Source: Marsupella aquatica
Taxonomy: Eukaryota; Plantae; Marchantiophyta
Length of the DNA: 64,000 bases
Direction: 5' to 3'
Assembly: GCA_973895155.1 (NCBI GenBank)
Contig: OZ316891.1
Span: forward strand, 12,460,771-12,524,770
The notes under the pieces are model-generated. The model was not told the origin of the DNA, made no database searches, and saw only the letters and a list, made by a program, of their open reading frames with translations. Positions 1 to 12,849 of the stretch are shown piece by piece. The first letter of the stretch is position 1; each line of letters opens with the position of its first letter. The position numbers were made by a program, and so were the translations under genes.

Positions 1-955
1 TTTGGTCAAGCTTGCCCCTCACTGCATAAATGACTAGACAGCCGCAGACTGTGCCCTTTCGGATCTGCTGATTTGCTTATTTGCCTAAGTATCTACATGG
101 CTTGAAAGTTGTGATCGGAACTTTTAGAAACTTAGTGTACTTGATTTACCCTAGATTGCTAGCAAGTATCGTTGATTCGTTGCCTTGGCTTGGTTTGCAA
201 AGCTTGGAACTCTATAAGACGGCTTTTCTCAACTCCGAAACTTTGAAGCGACTCACTCCGAGTTTTCCTGGAACTCCATCATTGCTCAGAGAGTTAATCT
301 CTTTAAAGTTACCCAAATAGATACTAGCTCGTTTCGCATGCAGTACTAGTCTCCTCCCTTCAATTCCATCTTGATTGCCGATTTTCTGTATCAAGTCGGC
401 AAATTAGCATCAAATGAATTGGTCAGACAGCTCAAGTTTCTTCCGATTAAATCACTGGATCCATGGATTAATGATCACAAACAAGCTGTATAGTGCCAGT
501 GCTGGCGGACCCCGTGGCGGAGCTATCGAGCAGGCTATCGAGTCGGCGCTTGAGCAATCAGTTGGCTACATCTATAAGTGGATTGTGATGTCCTAGCTAC
601 GTACACAAGAACTGAATGCTCTAAAGGTTTCATTAATTGGGCCAGAACTCCGACCCAATTTCTTGCGTCGAAGTTTGCATACGGTCGCTCGACGGTGGTA
701 CATGATTGCCCTAAGCTAGCTAGCTAGCTAGAGAGGTTTTTGTTTCCTCAGAGCTTACAAGGAACAGCAGCTTTTCGAAAGATTCCTTGATTTCAGTCCT
801 TCAACGAGATCTGGTCCTTTCGTAAGAGCGATAGATTCTAGATTGCATGCTTGCATGTCCTTTAGGTCCTGATTGAGCAAATGATTGAGGCTAGCTAGTT
901 ATTAGGCCCTGCCTTCGAATGGATGAATTTTATCTACAATCTGCAGCTGATAGAC

Positions 956-1334
956 CTAAGTAGTTAGCCAGCACGGAGTTTGCAACAGATGCTAGCCTGG
1001 GATCGAACTAGCCATACATCACGAGCGTGAAACAACGTACTATTGAGAACCTTGAAGCTGTTGTAATCGATCATGCGCAATCACAGCTAGCACAGGTGGC
1101 TAGGCTGAGATGATGGATTCTGATGCACAGTTCGATGACTCTCATCTGCGATCTGCAATTAGTCCCAAGTAGCTAGCCAGCACGGAGTTTTCAACAGCTG
1201 CTAACCCGGGATCGAGCTAGCCATGCATCGAGAGCGTGAAACAAAGTACTGTTGAGAACCTTGAAGCTGTTTGTAATCAATTATGCGCAATCACAGCATA
1301 GGTCCTAGGTTGAGATGATGGATTCAGATGCACA
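956..1334. repeat. Tandem direct duplication, about 175-bp homologous unit (956-1130 and 1165-1334), upstream of the bHLH gene
   Basis: Both copies read cc(t/c)aagtag(t/c)tagccagcacggagttt...gagaaccttgaagctgtt...gagatgatggattc(t/a)gatgcaca. Confidence 0.85.
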
Positions 1335-2755
1335 ATCCGATGCCGTCCGACAGTTCGATCAAGCAGATTGTTTATCTATTCCTACAAGCGTTCGATCGTA
1401 GGACAAGTTTCATTCATTACCTTATCTGTATGCCGGGCAGAAGGTACGAAAAAACCATTTTTTGTTCTTTGCCAGTGTGCTATATATTTTATCCACATAT
1501 AAGGATTGATTGATCTCTCGAGTTCTTGGATTTCTCCGTAGTCACCCTGCTAGAAGTCCAGCGCATAGAGATAGCTGGAGCGAGTAAGGGACTGTAGCTG
1601 GCAACAACCCCCTCGGAAGGGCTCGATTGTGCAGCAAGCTCAAGCTTACTCGATACGCCACGATCCAGAGGTTCTTGAGCGGCATGATTAATCGAATTGT
1701 TGCTGTCCACACTTCGAGCTCACAGCCGAGAAAGCGGCGGTTGAGCAATTCGATTTGCCGTTAGCACCTAGCTACTGGGAATGTGGTTGCTCAGCCAATT
1801 GAACAAGCGAGGGTCCTTTCTCTGGAGCTAGGCGTCCACAACTTCTTCCTGGCATGACAAGATGTCGAGTCCTCCTTCGTAACGATAAAATGCAATCCAT
1901 CTATCTAGCTGTCGACCTCCTATCGACAGGGATTAACAGGGAAAGCACGCCACACATGATTAAGTTCGTGATGCTATGAATTCGACTCCTATTCCCAGAA
2001 CTTTTGAGATTCAAAATCTTTCAATCACTACGTGGGAATAGCGAAGGCCTGGGATTGAAACCTTCAGGCCTGGAAAGAATCAGTAGAATGTGGTTCGCAT
2101 ACATATGTGATGATCTGCCAACTTAATAGAACTTAAAAATCAAACGGGAACGGATGCTGTGTAGCTATTTCGGATTCGAAGTTCGAACGTGGCACAGGTA
2201 ACCATCTGTTGTAGACTGGGATTGAAATTCTGTTGTCCGGAACTAAGGTACTGCAACCACTCGCTTAGGTCGGTCTGAACTACGGTGTTTCGATTTTCAC
2301 ATGTAAGTTTTGGTACTTTGGTTAGATTTGCATTGAATAGAGTGGACGGTCATTTACATTGTGATCAGGGATCAGGTTCAATCAAACTTAGGCAAGGTCA
2401 TTCATCAGTGTATGCAGATTCGTAACTCAGGGCTGAACCAAAAACAATGCAGGCTTCTGTCAGTCATTTTGTGGTCGCGCTGTGTTCGTGAAGAGGACAC
2501 ATTCCTACTTAGTAAGCGAATCTCTTAGACACTAACTATAAATCGAAGCTGTTCAGTATCAAGATCGATCTTATTTAAGTCAATAGAGCAGAGCTCTATG
2601 TTGTCTTACTGGTACCTACTATTAAGTTGATAGACTTGGAAGTAGGCCACTACATGATGTGCTAACTTTACCACGTGCATCGAAACCATCCTTCAGGTTC
2701 GGACGACGACGAGAAATTAAGTTGTGTGAACGGGTTGGCATCGAGCGAGTCAGCC

Positions 2756-5700
2756 ATGCAGGGATATAGCACCCCGAGCTTGCTCTACGACGAAGGCTTC
2801 TTCGGACGGTCGGAGCTCAACTTCAACGAAAATGGTCCGGGTGGAGAGCCCACCATCAGTTCGGGTCTTCTCGGCCTCTCCGACTCTCTGGACCGGCTTG
2901 ACACTGCCTCCAGCTTCGGCAGCGGCAGCTTGGAGCAGGCTGTGGGGGTCGACGCTACTCTGGGTGGTGCCACTACACCGCCTGACAGCATGAACGGACT
3001 GCGTGGTTCGTCTCATCAGCAGAATGATAATATTGTCTCTGGCGACAACCACAGCCACCATCCGCATGGTGATCACCATGGCAACCCATTTGGGGTAGAC
3101 GAAAACGGTAATCTGGTGATGCAGGACGTTCTTCATCACAGCCAGATTATATCTAATTCGATGGGCAACAACAACCATAATCATGGGCACGGCTCCAATG
3201 TTATCGATCACATGAGCACTGGAGTGTCGGGAGAAAGATCGTCGCAAGGAGACCCGAGAAACGGTGTCACTTCGCAGTGGGAGGAGAGCCTGCAGGATTT
3301 GCAATCATTACTAGCCCTCCATGGCCAACAGCACTCGCAAATTGCAAACATGGGGCTGCAGCCCATAGCAGCCGATCACATTGGTCCTGCTTTCACCAGC
3401 AGTAGCAGCAGCATTCGGGCCTCTGGAGGGTTTGGCTTTGAAAAAGGTCACGCTGGATCTACTGGTGGTGGGTTCGGACACAACAGCAAGTTTCCCGCAG
3501 CTGGTGGTGCTGCCGATTCAGAACTGCTAAGCTTGCTCCACTTCCCGCGGCCCAATTCATCGTCTCTGCAACAAGCTCAGCAGCAAGTTGTACAAGCTCC
3601 TGCAGGTCCTGTGTCTGCTTTTCCATCAAACCCGGGCTTCAGAAAAGGATCTGGAGGTCCTGTGAATTCTTCTAGCAATACACAAGTCCCATCCGTTGCA
3701 GGACTCTATTCCTCATCCGGAATCGCTCAAAATCTTTCCTCCTTTCCTTACACAGCACCATCTCTCGTTGGGTCTAGCTACTTCAATCTGAACTCCGGCG
3801 GGATAGGTAACCTGAACAGCTTCCTGAATCATGGCAACACGCCAGTACTGCAAAAGCAGCTTATGAGAGCTCCGTCCATCATTGATCTTGAGCAAGCGAG
3901 GGATCATTGCAACGACGACAATGTTAGTGGACATGGAGCTGCCAATAGCTCTGCTGCCAAATTCTCTTCTTCCTTGTTTGAATCGGCTAAACGAAGTGGA
4001 AGTGAGGGCAACCTCCTCCTATCCGGGAAAGGTGGATCTGAGCCCCGGGGCATAAACCACTTTGCCACTGAACGACAGCGGCGAGAGTACTTGAATGAGA
4101 AGTATCAGACCCTTCGCTCGTTGGTCCCAAACCCTTCCAAGGTAATGTTGTCCCACTGAGCCGCTCCCTCGTCAGTTTCAATAGATTCCTTCTCATAATT
4201 GCTATGAAAACAGACCTTAAAATTGATTTCGTTCGGTGCATCTAGCTAGTATCCACGTTCAGAAAAATATATGAGAACCTAGCCTGCATATATACATATC
4301 ATTTAATTGTAACAAAAGTTTGACCGGTCAGTGGAATTGCCAGACTAATTTCAATGCAATGAACATTCAGAAACGTTGAGTTGACACATTACAATACAAA
4401 TCTCTTTTTTGCAATTTTCCCATCGGGCTGAACATTGGAACCGGATATCAATCTGATCGACCATAGAATACTGTAGCGATGCATGCTAAGTAACTCTCCA
4501 AATTGTCTAGTGATTTTCAAGGACCTCAGCGTCCTTGATGAGGCTTGCTTATTAAAACTTGAGCAGGCCCAGAATTCAGGCCGGCTGTTCTCAAATATGC
4601 ATGATCAGTGGCTCAGACCACAATCAAGGTGGCTGACTAGACATGTAGAAACTGTTGATGTCGAGAAAGAGGAGATCGAATACACGATTACAACGTGTGT
4701 AATTTTCGGTCATGTATCTCACTAGACCTGTCATGATTTGGAGGTCTCGTGAGTACGAATGCATCCAATTTGAACATCTGAACTGTGAGGAGGCACTTAG
4801 GCATTATAACTCAGTCAGATGCAAATGATCACTCAAGCCAGATCTGCATCATATACATCGCCACATTATTACTAATTGATGGCATGGCCAGATATGTAGA
4901 TGTCAGTCTGAACGGGCTGCTTTAATAGCATTGAGATGAGTTGCAAAGTTGACTGAAATTTTGTGCCATTGTTCCGATTCTAAGTCAATTTAAATGTATA
5001 GATGCTGATCTGATTGATTCTAGATGGATGCACGCGGAGCCTTGCCCCGTGGCTTGGCATCTACTGCCACTTAGGGTTGTTCAAATCCTACTAACTGGCT
5101 ACAGCTAGATATAGCTCGACCCTTCTTCTGTACTAGATTTCATTTGTTTTTGTGCCTACTTAGGTTTGCATTGGATTCACTTCACGTCCAGATCGTCACC
5201 TAAGTAATGAACTGTCATAAAGAAGGGTGTGACTCTGACCCACAACGCAATAAGTCCTGACTTCAAAATGGATTTTAATTAAAGCCTATATAACCTTCAG
5301 TGTCTAGTAGGATATACGTCAGACGGCATCCAGCTCCATGTAATCCATCATTCAAACCTCAATGAATCTAAGGCTGAAGTTCACTTACGAAGATCGACTC
5401 CATCTTCAGGCACATTAATAAATAGCTAGCAGTCTGCAAACTTGTTTTTTCCATTAGCTTGAACTCATGAGTTAGACCAATGTAATTATATATTGGTGAA
5501 TGAGACTGATCTGATCATATTCTTCGATGAATCTATTTAAGCAGGCTGACAGAGCCTCCATCGTGGCGGATGCGATAGAGTACGTGAAGGAGCTGAAGCG
5601 AACAGTGCAAGAGCTGCAGATTCTTGTTCAAGACAAACGGAAAGAGACATCTTTGAAAGAAGCTGCAAGTCACTACTGCACTGGGAACAAGAGAAGGAGA

Positions 5701-6614
5701 GATCTTGATGACAGCAATGCTGAATCTTCAGCAGGAAGACCGGTAGCAGACATCTCAAGCTCTCTCAGCCGATCGTTCTCGTTAAATAATGGCAAAAGCG
5801 GCACGATTGACCCTCTCGCAGATGTTTGCCATCTGAGGAACTCTTGGCTCCAGCGGACTTCTCAGAGTACTGGCACTCATGTGGATGTCCGGATAGTGCA
5901 TGATGAAGTGACCATTAAGGTCACTCAACGAAGGAGAAAGCACGGACGCCAGTTGCTATTGCAGGCTATGGTCTCCCTGTATGAACTGCACCTAGACCTG
6001 CAGCATGCGAATGGAGCCAACATTGGAGAGCACGATGTCTACGTTTTCAACACCAAGGTCTAATAACTTCTCCCATTCTCCCTTTCTCTAAATTCTCGTA
6101 GTTCTTCTAAAGATGCTTCCAGGGAATTTCATATCACCTTTCTCACCAGAAACCATTCTTAAGTTAAAATTGACTTGCAGACCGTACGTGCTATCCTTTA
6201 ATCATTGAAGTTTGGAGATTCTTTGTAGCGAAGGTTCTCCGCATGATTGACAAAAAATTACATATATGCCTGTTTTACAATCTATTTTGTTTCCTGGTGA
6301 CAAAACAAAACACATGAGCGACGTATATACTGCGCCATTTCTTTCTTGCCATATATATATACATGTGCACATTTTGTGAACGCGAGAGGCTGCTTGAAAT
6401 CAAGCTTAGTTGCATATCGCCAAGATTTGGATTCACCGAACATAATTGTCTAGCTTCTAAGATTGAATGCTCCTTGATCATCAATGACTCGATCTCTAAA
6501 TTAATGTTACGCCCTTTTAATCACTACATGCAGATTTTGGAAGGCTCCTCAACATTCGCAGGCTATGTTGTTACAAAGTTCCTCGAAGCAGTCGATCGTG
6601 AATGTACTCCATAA
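2756..6614 (+). CDS. Subfamily II bHLH transcription factor (bHLH010/089/091, EAT1/TIP2-like) with C-terminal ACT-like domain; exons 2756-4141, 5545-6057, 6534-6614
   Basis: Spliced reading gives NHFATERQRREYLNEKYQTLRSLVPNPSK|ADRASIVADAIEYVKELKRTVQEL, then SWLQRTS..VDVRIVHDEVTIKV..LDLQHANGANIGEHDVYVFNTK|ILEGSS. Introns 4142-5544 and 6058-6533 are GT-AG and phase 0. The start is uncertain: the frame is open from 2675 and there is a possible acceptor at 2696. Confidence 0.9.
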
Positions 6615-9600
6615 GGCCCTCAAGTAACCCGAGTTCAATAAGACAGTGGTGACCCGGCCAAGACTGGGATACATTTCTAGTAGAGATGTACTGTAGAGGT
6701 TGATGTAGTGCATGTAGAGCTTGAGTACATTTTTGATACACTGATGTACTAACTGTAGAGCTTGATGTAGGTTGTGTAGTTCGACAAATGGAGTTACAAT
6801 GTGGGAATCACCCACTACTGAGAAAAGATATATACTATGTAGACGTAGTAGTTTATCTGCCGGCAATTGCAGATGGATCATGGCTTACACATAGGCGTGG
6901 ATTCGCTTTGGGCAGTGCGTAGAGCAGCGCGGGCACGCCCGTTATGTACACATGCCCGGCATTCAATCCCATATTCAATGGGGTCAATCGATCTCTACCC
7001 TTAGTTACATAAAAGTTGTAAACTAGCTTGTTACACCTGCCTCGATCTCAGATTCATATCCCTCAATGGAATCGACTTCTCTAAGATCTGGGGATATATA
7101 CTCCTCGGCTTGATATCATATATAAGCTGTAGATAATTTCATCTCAGAGTTAGACTGAAATCTGCAAAAAGCATTTTGAAGCTGCATGAGGATTAAGGAG
7201 ACTCAAGGGTATATGTTTTCTAAGGATCAAACTACCCTTTTCTGTAAGGGACGCTTGACCCTCGTGACACAGGATACAGGAATGCCAAGCTTCGGTGCCT
7301 GAAATGACTGAGGACCTGCCACATGCATGATCACAGCACAGTAGCTGGCTACTCCTGGTCCACGTGTAAGGGCTTTGTTACCTATTGGCACGTAGCTCCT
7401 GTTAGTCGAAGAATAATTAAACATGCGTTCTACATTGTGACAATGTTGTGCATCAATATTCTAATTAAGGCCAAGCATGTTGATTTGACGTTGCTGACTT
7501 ATCTTGGTAGATTATGGTGGATGTACTCATAGTTTCGTCTCTAGGAGCAGCGCTACGATCAAATCGTCAACAAAAAGCATCTCCAAAGCAATCTGATAAG
7601 TAATCAGATCTACAGCTGTAGCTATCATAGGTTGATTGTATTCATTCCCGAGTCTTGTAAAAGCCGTTTGTGAATTGAAATGCTTCGGTCATGTACGGAT
7701 ACTTGCAAAGACGGTAAGGTCGAGTGATCGATCAATGGTGAGTGATGCGAAGTGCTACTGGTACAGTGACTGGTCAAGACGGCTCGGTCAGCTGGAGTGG
7801 GTGTGGAGTGAACAGTGGACCTCCCCACTCGACAAAATGTTAGCATCACATCGCGAGCAATGTACACTTTGACTCGGTATTGAATGTGCGACTTCGTCGT
7901 ATGATCCACATCGAACCGCACGAGTAAGCACAACGAAAGAGTATAATATGCAATCCTGTTTACAACATGTCTGTGTACAAAATGTCTAAATTATTCTATT
8001 CCCATCTTGTACATTTATGACGAGTGTACTAATTCTAAACCCAATCATAAATTCTATTCCCATAATGTCTAAATCTAAACAGCTACAAGAATGGATCATT
8101 CTATTCCCATCTTTCAAATGTGTGTGCCTGGAAACAAAAGCCCGTATAGACTTAAGACTCTTGGAACTCTGCTTGATGCAAAGTTTACGTAAAATTATAG
8201 TCCCCATCATACTATTTACAGCCTTTTAAGTGTATTGCTCTTGCTTGTTACACTATGCTTTTGAGTGTGTCCATTTTCAAGTCTTCAGAACCGTCTTCAG
8301 AACCAACCTTTGCGTCTAGCTATGTAGGCTTTCCTTTTGTGTGAGTGGGTGTGCCGTTGCCTTGCAAATCACCTGGGGATGGAAGGTCTACCATATGTTC
8401 AAAGAAAGGCGAGAGGGACATAAGAACCAAGCAGACCTTCCATGTGCATCTTCACTTGAATGTGCCCCGTCTTAGGTCCTATGTTAGCCCGTATGTGTCT
8501 CTGAATAGACACACAGGCAAATCATTATGTGAAGCTCATATCTTGGATTGCTTTCGAACAACCAAGACATAAGGGTTTAGGGTTTTGTTAGCCCAGCTAG
8601 AACAACCCAAGATATGGGGACAAACCAGTATGAAAAGAGCCCACACAAACCATTGTATTCGACAGACACTAATAATATGTTATTTTTACTTGGATCGATC
8701 ATACCTTAATGATTGATATTTTGGTGTCAAAAGTTGTTTCGCTTTCTCTCGCTCCCTTGCTCTGCCAATATGGTGGATTGGCCTTCACGTTGGAACGTTT
8801 CTGTCTAAAGCTGAAAAGATGAACTCTCCAATCTGGGCACAACCTTGGGATGCAACGGACCACATTGAATGTTCTGAGGTCATATCAATAGATGACTTCA
8901 AAGAGACTTAGTGGCATTGATCCTCGTCAAGGAGATCTACACTCCGTGTTGAGTCTATTCCTCAATCATGAAGACCGTTTAGCAGAGTCTCTCGTCTAGC
9001 TGCATGAAAAGTGACTGACGCTCTGACGACTTATTGCGGTATGTAGACGCATATGAAAATTGTGAAGGTGGGAGGTAATTCAACGAGCAGAGGTGAAGCA
9101 TCCACATGGATAAGAAAACAGTGCAACATCACTAGGCCAAGGGAGATATTACCCACGGGGAACACACACGAGAAAAACGTTGAGAGTAACGTTTTGGAGA
9201 AAGGGAAAGGATAGCTTGACAGCTCAGCTGTAATCAAAGGAGTGAGACGATGACATTGGACATGAATGTAAGGACACTATCAAAAGGCTATATATCTCAA
9301 TAAAACTCAATGGACGAGAAGAGGACAAAGGATCATTGGACAAGCCTAAGGGCGATGAGGGCAAAACGTAAGACGGTCAGTGATTGCACCAAAGGCCCCA
9401 TCATTGAAACATTGCAAGAGTTGTAATCTAGTAGTCAAATCAGAAATCAATGAGCTCACCAACAAAGCAGACAATGGTAGCCACGGCAGAACAGAGTGTC
9501 TCATTAAGATCGTCCAAACAGACGAGACTGAGAATTTGGTGGGGGGGGGGAATCCACAAACGGAAATACCAGATTCTAAGGTAAGGTAATTTTGTAGACA

Positions 9601-11116
9601 GTATAAACCATGGAAAGCGACACTACTATCTTAGAGCACATTCTCGTAGGCAAGCCAGTCTTCGACAGATTATGCGATTCCCATTGATGATCCCTGACGG
9701 AAAGCGAATCACTGCTAGGATCCAGAAGAAACGAATCATCTGTAGGTCGTTCATAGAAACAAGCTTAAAATGGAGACAGACTTTGCTACCCGTCATATGG
9801 CGCAGGGTTGAACTAGTACAGTGCAGGCCCAGCTTGAAAAAATCACACAAAATCCCAAGGCATCAATGTTACTGGTGTGACGCGAATCCTGTAGGCCCAG
9901 AACAAAATCTGAAGCTGTTGAGAGGCGAATTGCTGAAACACGGTTTTTCTATTATCTTGCAGATCATTCCACTTCTGGTCTATTGGCCCTACCTGACCAT
10001 TAAATTTTTCTCATGTCAGTCGTTCTGTTGGTCCCATAACCAGGTTGCGGGAAGTCCATGATGACATACTGCAATCATCCTTTTCTCTAGCTAGATAATC
10101 CTGGAGGGGAGAGGGAGGACACGTTCCCAAATTTCTCATGCATTACTGACTCCTTAAAAAAACAACTACATCCCAACCCATCAGAACCGCATTATGGACA
10201 GTCTCGGGTTTGCTGACGCACCTTTTGCTCTTCTCAACCTCGAAACATCCGGAATTGAACATGTTTCAGCTCAACACTTGACAGCCTACCACAATCAAAC
10301 GGACAACTCAACTTGTACATCCATACTCGAGGTCTTGCTGATAAGTCTTAAACTACTTTCGTCCAGGCCCGTTGGTCATCTCGGGAGGGGGAACGGGCAT
10401 ATAATATTATTATGATACATATATATATATACCTACAAAGACTATGAAGACTAAGCTGACAACTCAAATGAAAATCCCACATTCCAGCTCTTGCTCATTA
10501 GTCTCAACCACTTTCGTCCTGGCACTACGGTCATCTCGGTAGACCCCCAGTAGACCCATTTCCACACAAAGAATTCGTGCTTGCAACGGGGAGCAGGACG
10601 AGATTGTGCTGCGGCAAGAGATATTTACAGTTCCTAGTCCTGATGTACCGAATTTGAAAGTAGGATATACTTCGGTGAGTTCGAGCCAAAATTGATGCCA
10701 TCATTTCATAACTCCACCCGAGGACCCCAAAGATTTTTCTGCACAAGGACTGCATCTAATATTTCATATGCCACATTCTTACTTCGACGGTCCTTCTCTC
10801 GCTCTCCCCTGTTTAGACTTGAGTACTTCGAATGATTGTAGTACCTGCACTACTATACTACGAATGAGTAAGAAAACCTGCCGATTGCAAGGGTGGTGAA
10901 GCACAACAGTACACCGTCCACATGGGTACCAACAACCGCCCTTCCGATAAGTAACCTTCCTGTAAGTAAGTTGTAGAATTGAATGAGGTGAAGCACAACA
11001 GTACAATGTCCACATGGAAATCAACATCCGCCCGTCCGAAAGTAAGTTGTAGAAATTGAATCACGGCAGGGAAAATGGGCACACAGAAGGTGCAAGAAAA
11101 TGATTGTCGATGGGAA

Positions 11117-11827
11117 TTAGGCGAGGGAGGTGGCCACGACCTTCAGCAGTGCAGCAATGAACTCCATCTGGATTTGTCCATGAATGACTGTGAACGGTGG
11201 GACGTGGACAAAGAGGCACTTGGTGCCGTGTTTGGCAGCATGTCTGAGGGATTGGTAATACACGTAATTACACACGAAGCGTCCGGCATCATAAGAAACG
11301 ACTGCGTCAAATCCGAGCTTTACTAAGTCCACCACGATTTTCGAAGTCAAAAACTTGGTTTCTCTGACATTTGATATCGCACCGTCCTCTTCAACAATCG
11401 GCATTCCATCCGGCTGCCATCCCATTTCGTCTGGACACCGAAACGTGGCCTCGTTCACAGCGCGCTGCTCCACTGCAAACCTACTGGCGCCACTATTGAC
11501 ACCGAAATGAATCCATACCACTTGCCCTTGTTCCTCCCCCGCCTTCCGTGACGCAGATTCTAATCGCTCTCCCTCATTCGTATCGGAAGAATTCTTATCA
11601 GGCGCCGAGGCCAAGAGGTCCAGTAAGAACTCCAGCGCTCCAGCGCCCGCCGTCTCCAGCACAGTGCAGCTTCCTATCCTCGCCCCGAACGGCAACACTC
11701 GATGCTTCATGTAATCCACGATATTCCCCATCAGCACCTCCGTCGGATTGTCCGTCACATTGTGAAACTTCTTAAATCCCGTCAGATAAAACGTAATTGG
11801 AGACGGTAGCACCGCTTCCGACCCCAT
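11117..11827 (-). CDS. Pyroglutamyl peptidase I (pyrrolidone-carboxylate peptidase, family C15), single coding exon
   Basis: 236-aa ORF with TGFKKF..NPTE, HFGV, EQRAVNEATFRCPDE, DAGRFVCNYVYY and FVHVP; catalytic Glu, Cys and His motifs are present. Confidence 0.93.
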   Translation of the reverse strand: MGSEAVLPSPITFYLTGFKKFHNVTDNPTEVLMGNIVDYMKHRVLPFGARIGSCTVLETAGAGALEFLLDLLASAPDKNSSDTNEGERLESASRKAGEEQGQVVWIHFGVNSGASRFAVEQRAVNEATFRCPDEMGWQPDGMPIVEEDGAISNVRETKFLTSKIVVDLVKLGFDAVVSYDAGRFVCNYVYYQSLRHAAKHGTKCLFVHVPPFTVIHGQIQMEFIAALLKVVATSLA

Positions 11828-12849
11828 GCCTGTTCTCTCTGCCGCCCAGCGCCACTCGCGCTGAAATACTCGAACTCCTTCGATCGACCTTCGCGTTTGC
11901 GGGTGTGAGAATTGCTCTGCTCCGCAACTGTGGAGAATCTCGTTCGGTCAATTGTGCTCTATATTGCAATCGATCCTGTTCGGCCTGTTGCTCTTCCTCA
12001 TCATACTTGGGAGGAGGAGGAGTTTAGGGACGCGATCCCTCCCTGCAACCTATGGACGACGGTACTTTTCACCTCTTCCAGAAATCGAAGAACACGAAGA
12101 AGACGGAGATTTGATTTATGAAGCTATGTCTGCAACTCTGCGGTCCTCTGCCCCACCTTCGACCGACCTCTGCCTGCCCCTGCTCCAATCCTCCTCCTCG
12201 TGATTCAGCAGAAATTCAATGAAGAAGATTCCGCTCGTCGCGGTCATCAAAATGCCTGCAATGTCTGTCCTGTTCCGATTTCACCGGAAACAAGTGCGAA
12301 ATTGCGGAGTCTGAATATCTCCTCCAAATCTTTCCGAGCACCATTAGTTCTCACTTGCCTTGTAGCATGTACACACACCCCATTAGCAAAACGAGGTATT
12401 CTATGTTGCGAGAAACGAGGAGTTTTGCTAGCGAGGCCACTTTGTGGGTACAATCATGGTGGCGAAGGGGATAATGAAGTAACATTGTGTAGTGTTTTAT
12501 TCTCAAACAATTCTTACAGAGGAAAAACTTTGTGTAGTGTTTTATTCTCAAAGAGTTCTTACAAAGGAAAAACCTGGTATTTGAACATCCATAACCCAAC
12601 AGATTGAGATTTTTTATAACCCTCAATTGAATGAGGAGAGATAGTGAATCTCACTAAAACTGACTTAGTTTAGAAAAAATTTCACAATCCACCTTTAATA
12701 AAAATCTGTATTGACATACACCTTGTGGAATGAGATCCCATCCAAAATTTATCTTTAGTCATTGATAATCCTCTGATTCCAAATCATCTGAGGAAGTACT
12801 AGGATCGCTACTTAACTCCCTGTCAGTCTACTCAGCTGAGTCGTCAACA

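Noticed and set aside
8600-10100. Possible gene or LINE remnant (ORF 9672-10061 and neighbours)
   Set aside because: No recognisable domain or consistent exon chain in the frames I read.
10300-10540. Hammerhead ribozyme suggested by GACGAAA and CTAATGAG on the minus strand
   Set aside because: Only about 10 nt separate the motifs, too few for stems I and III, and the core is not conserved in the second copy.
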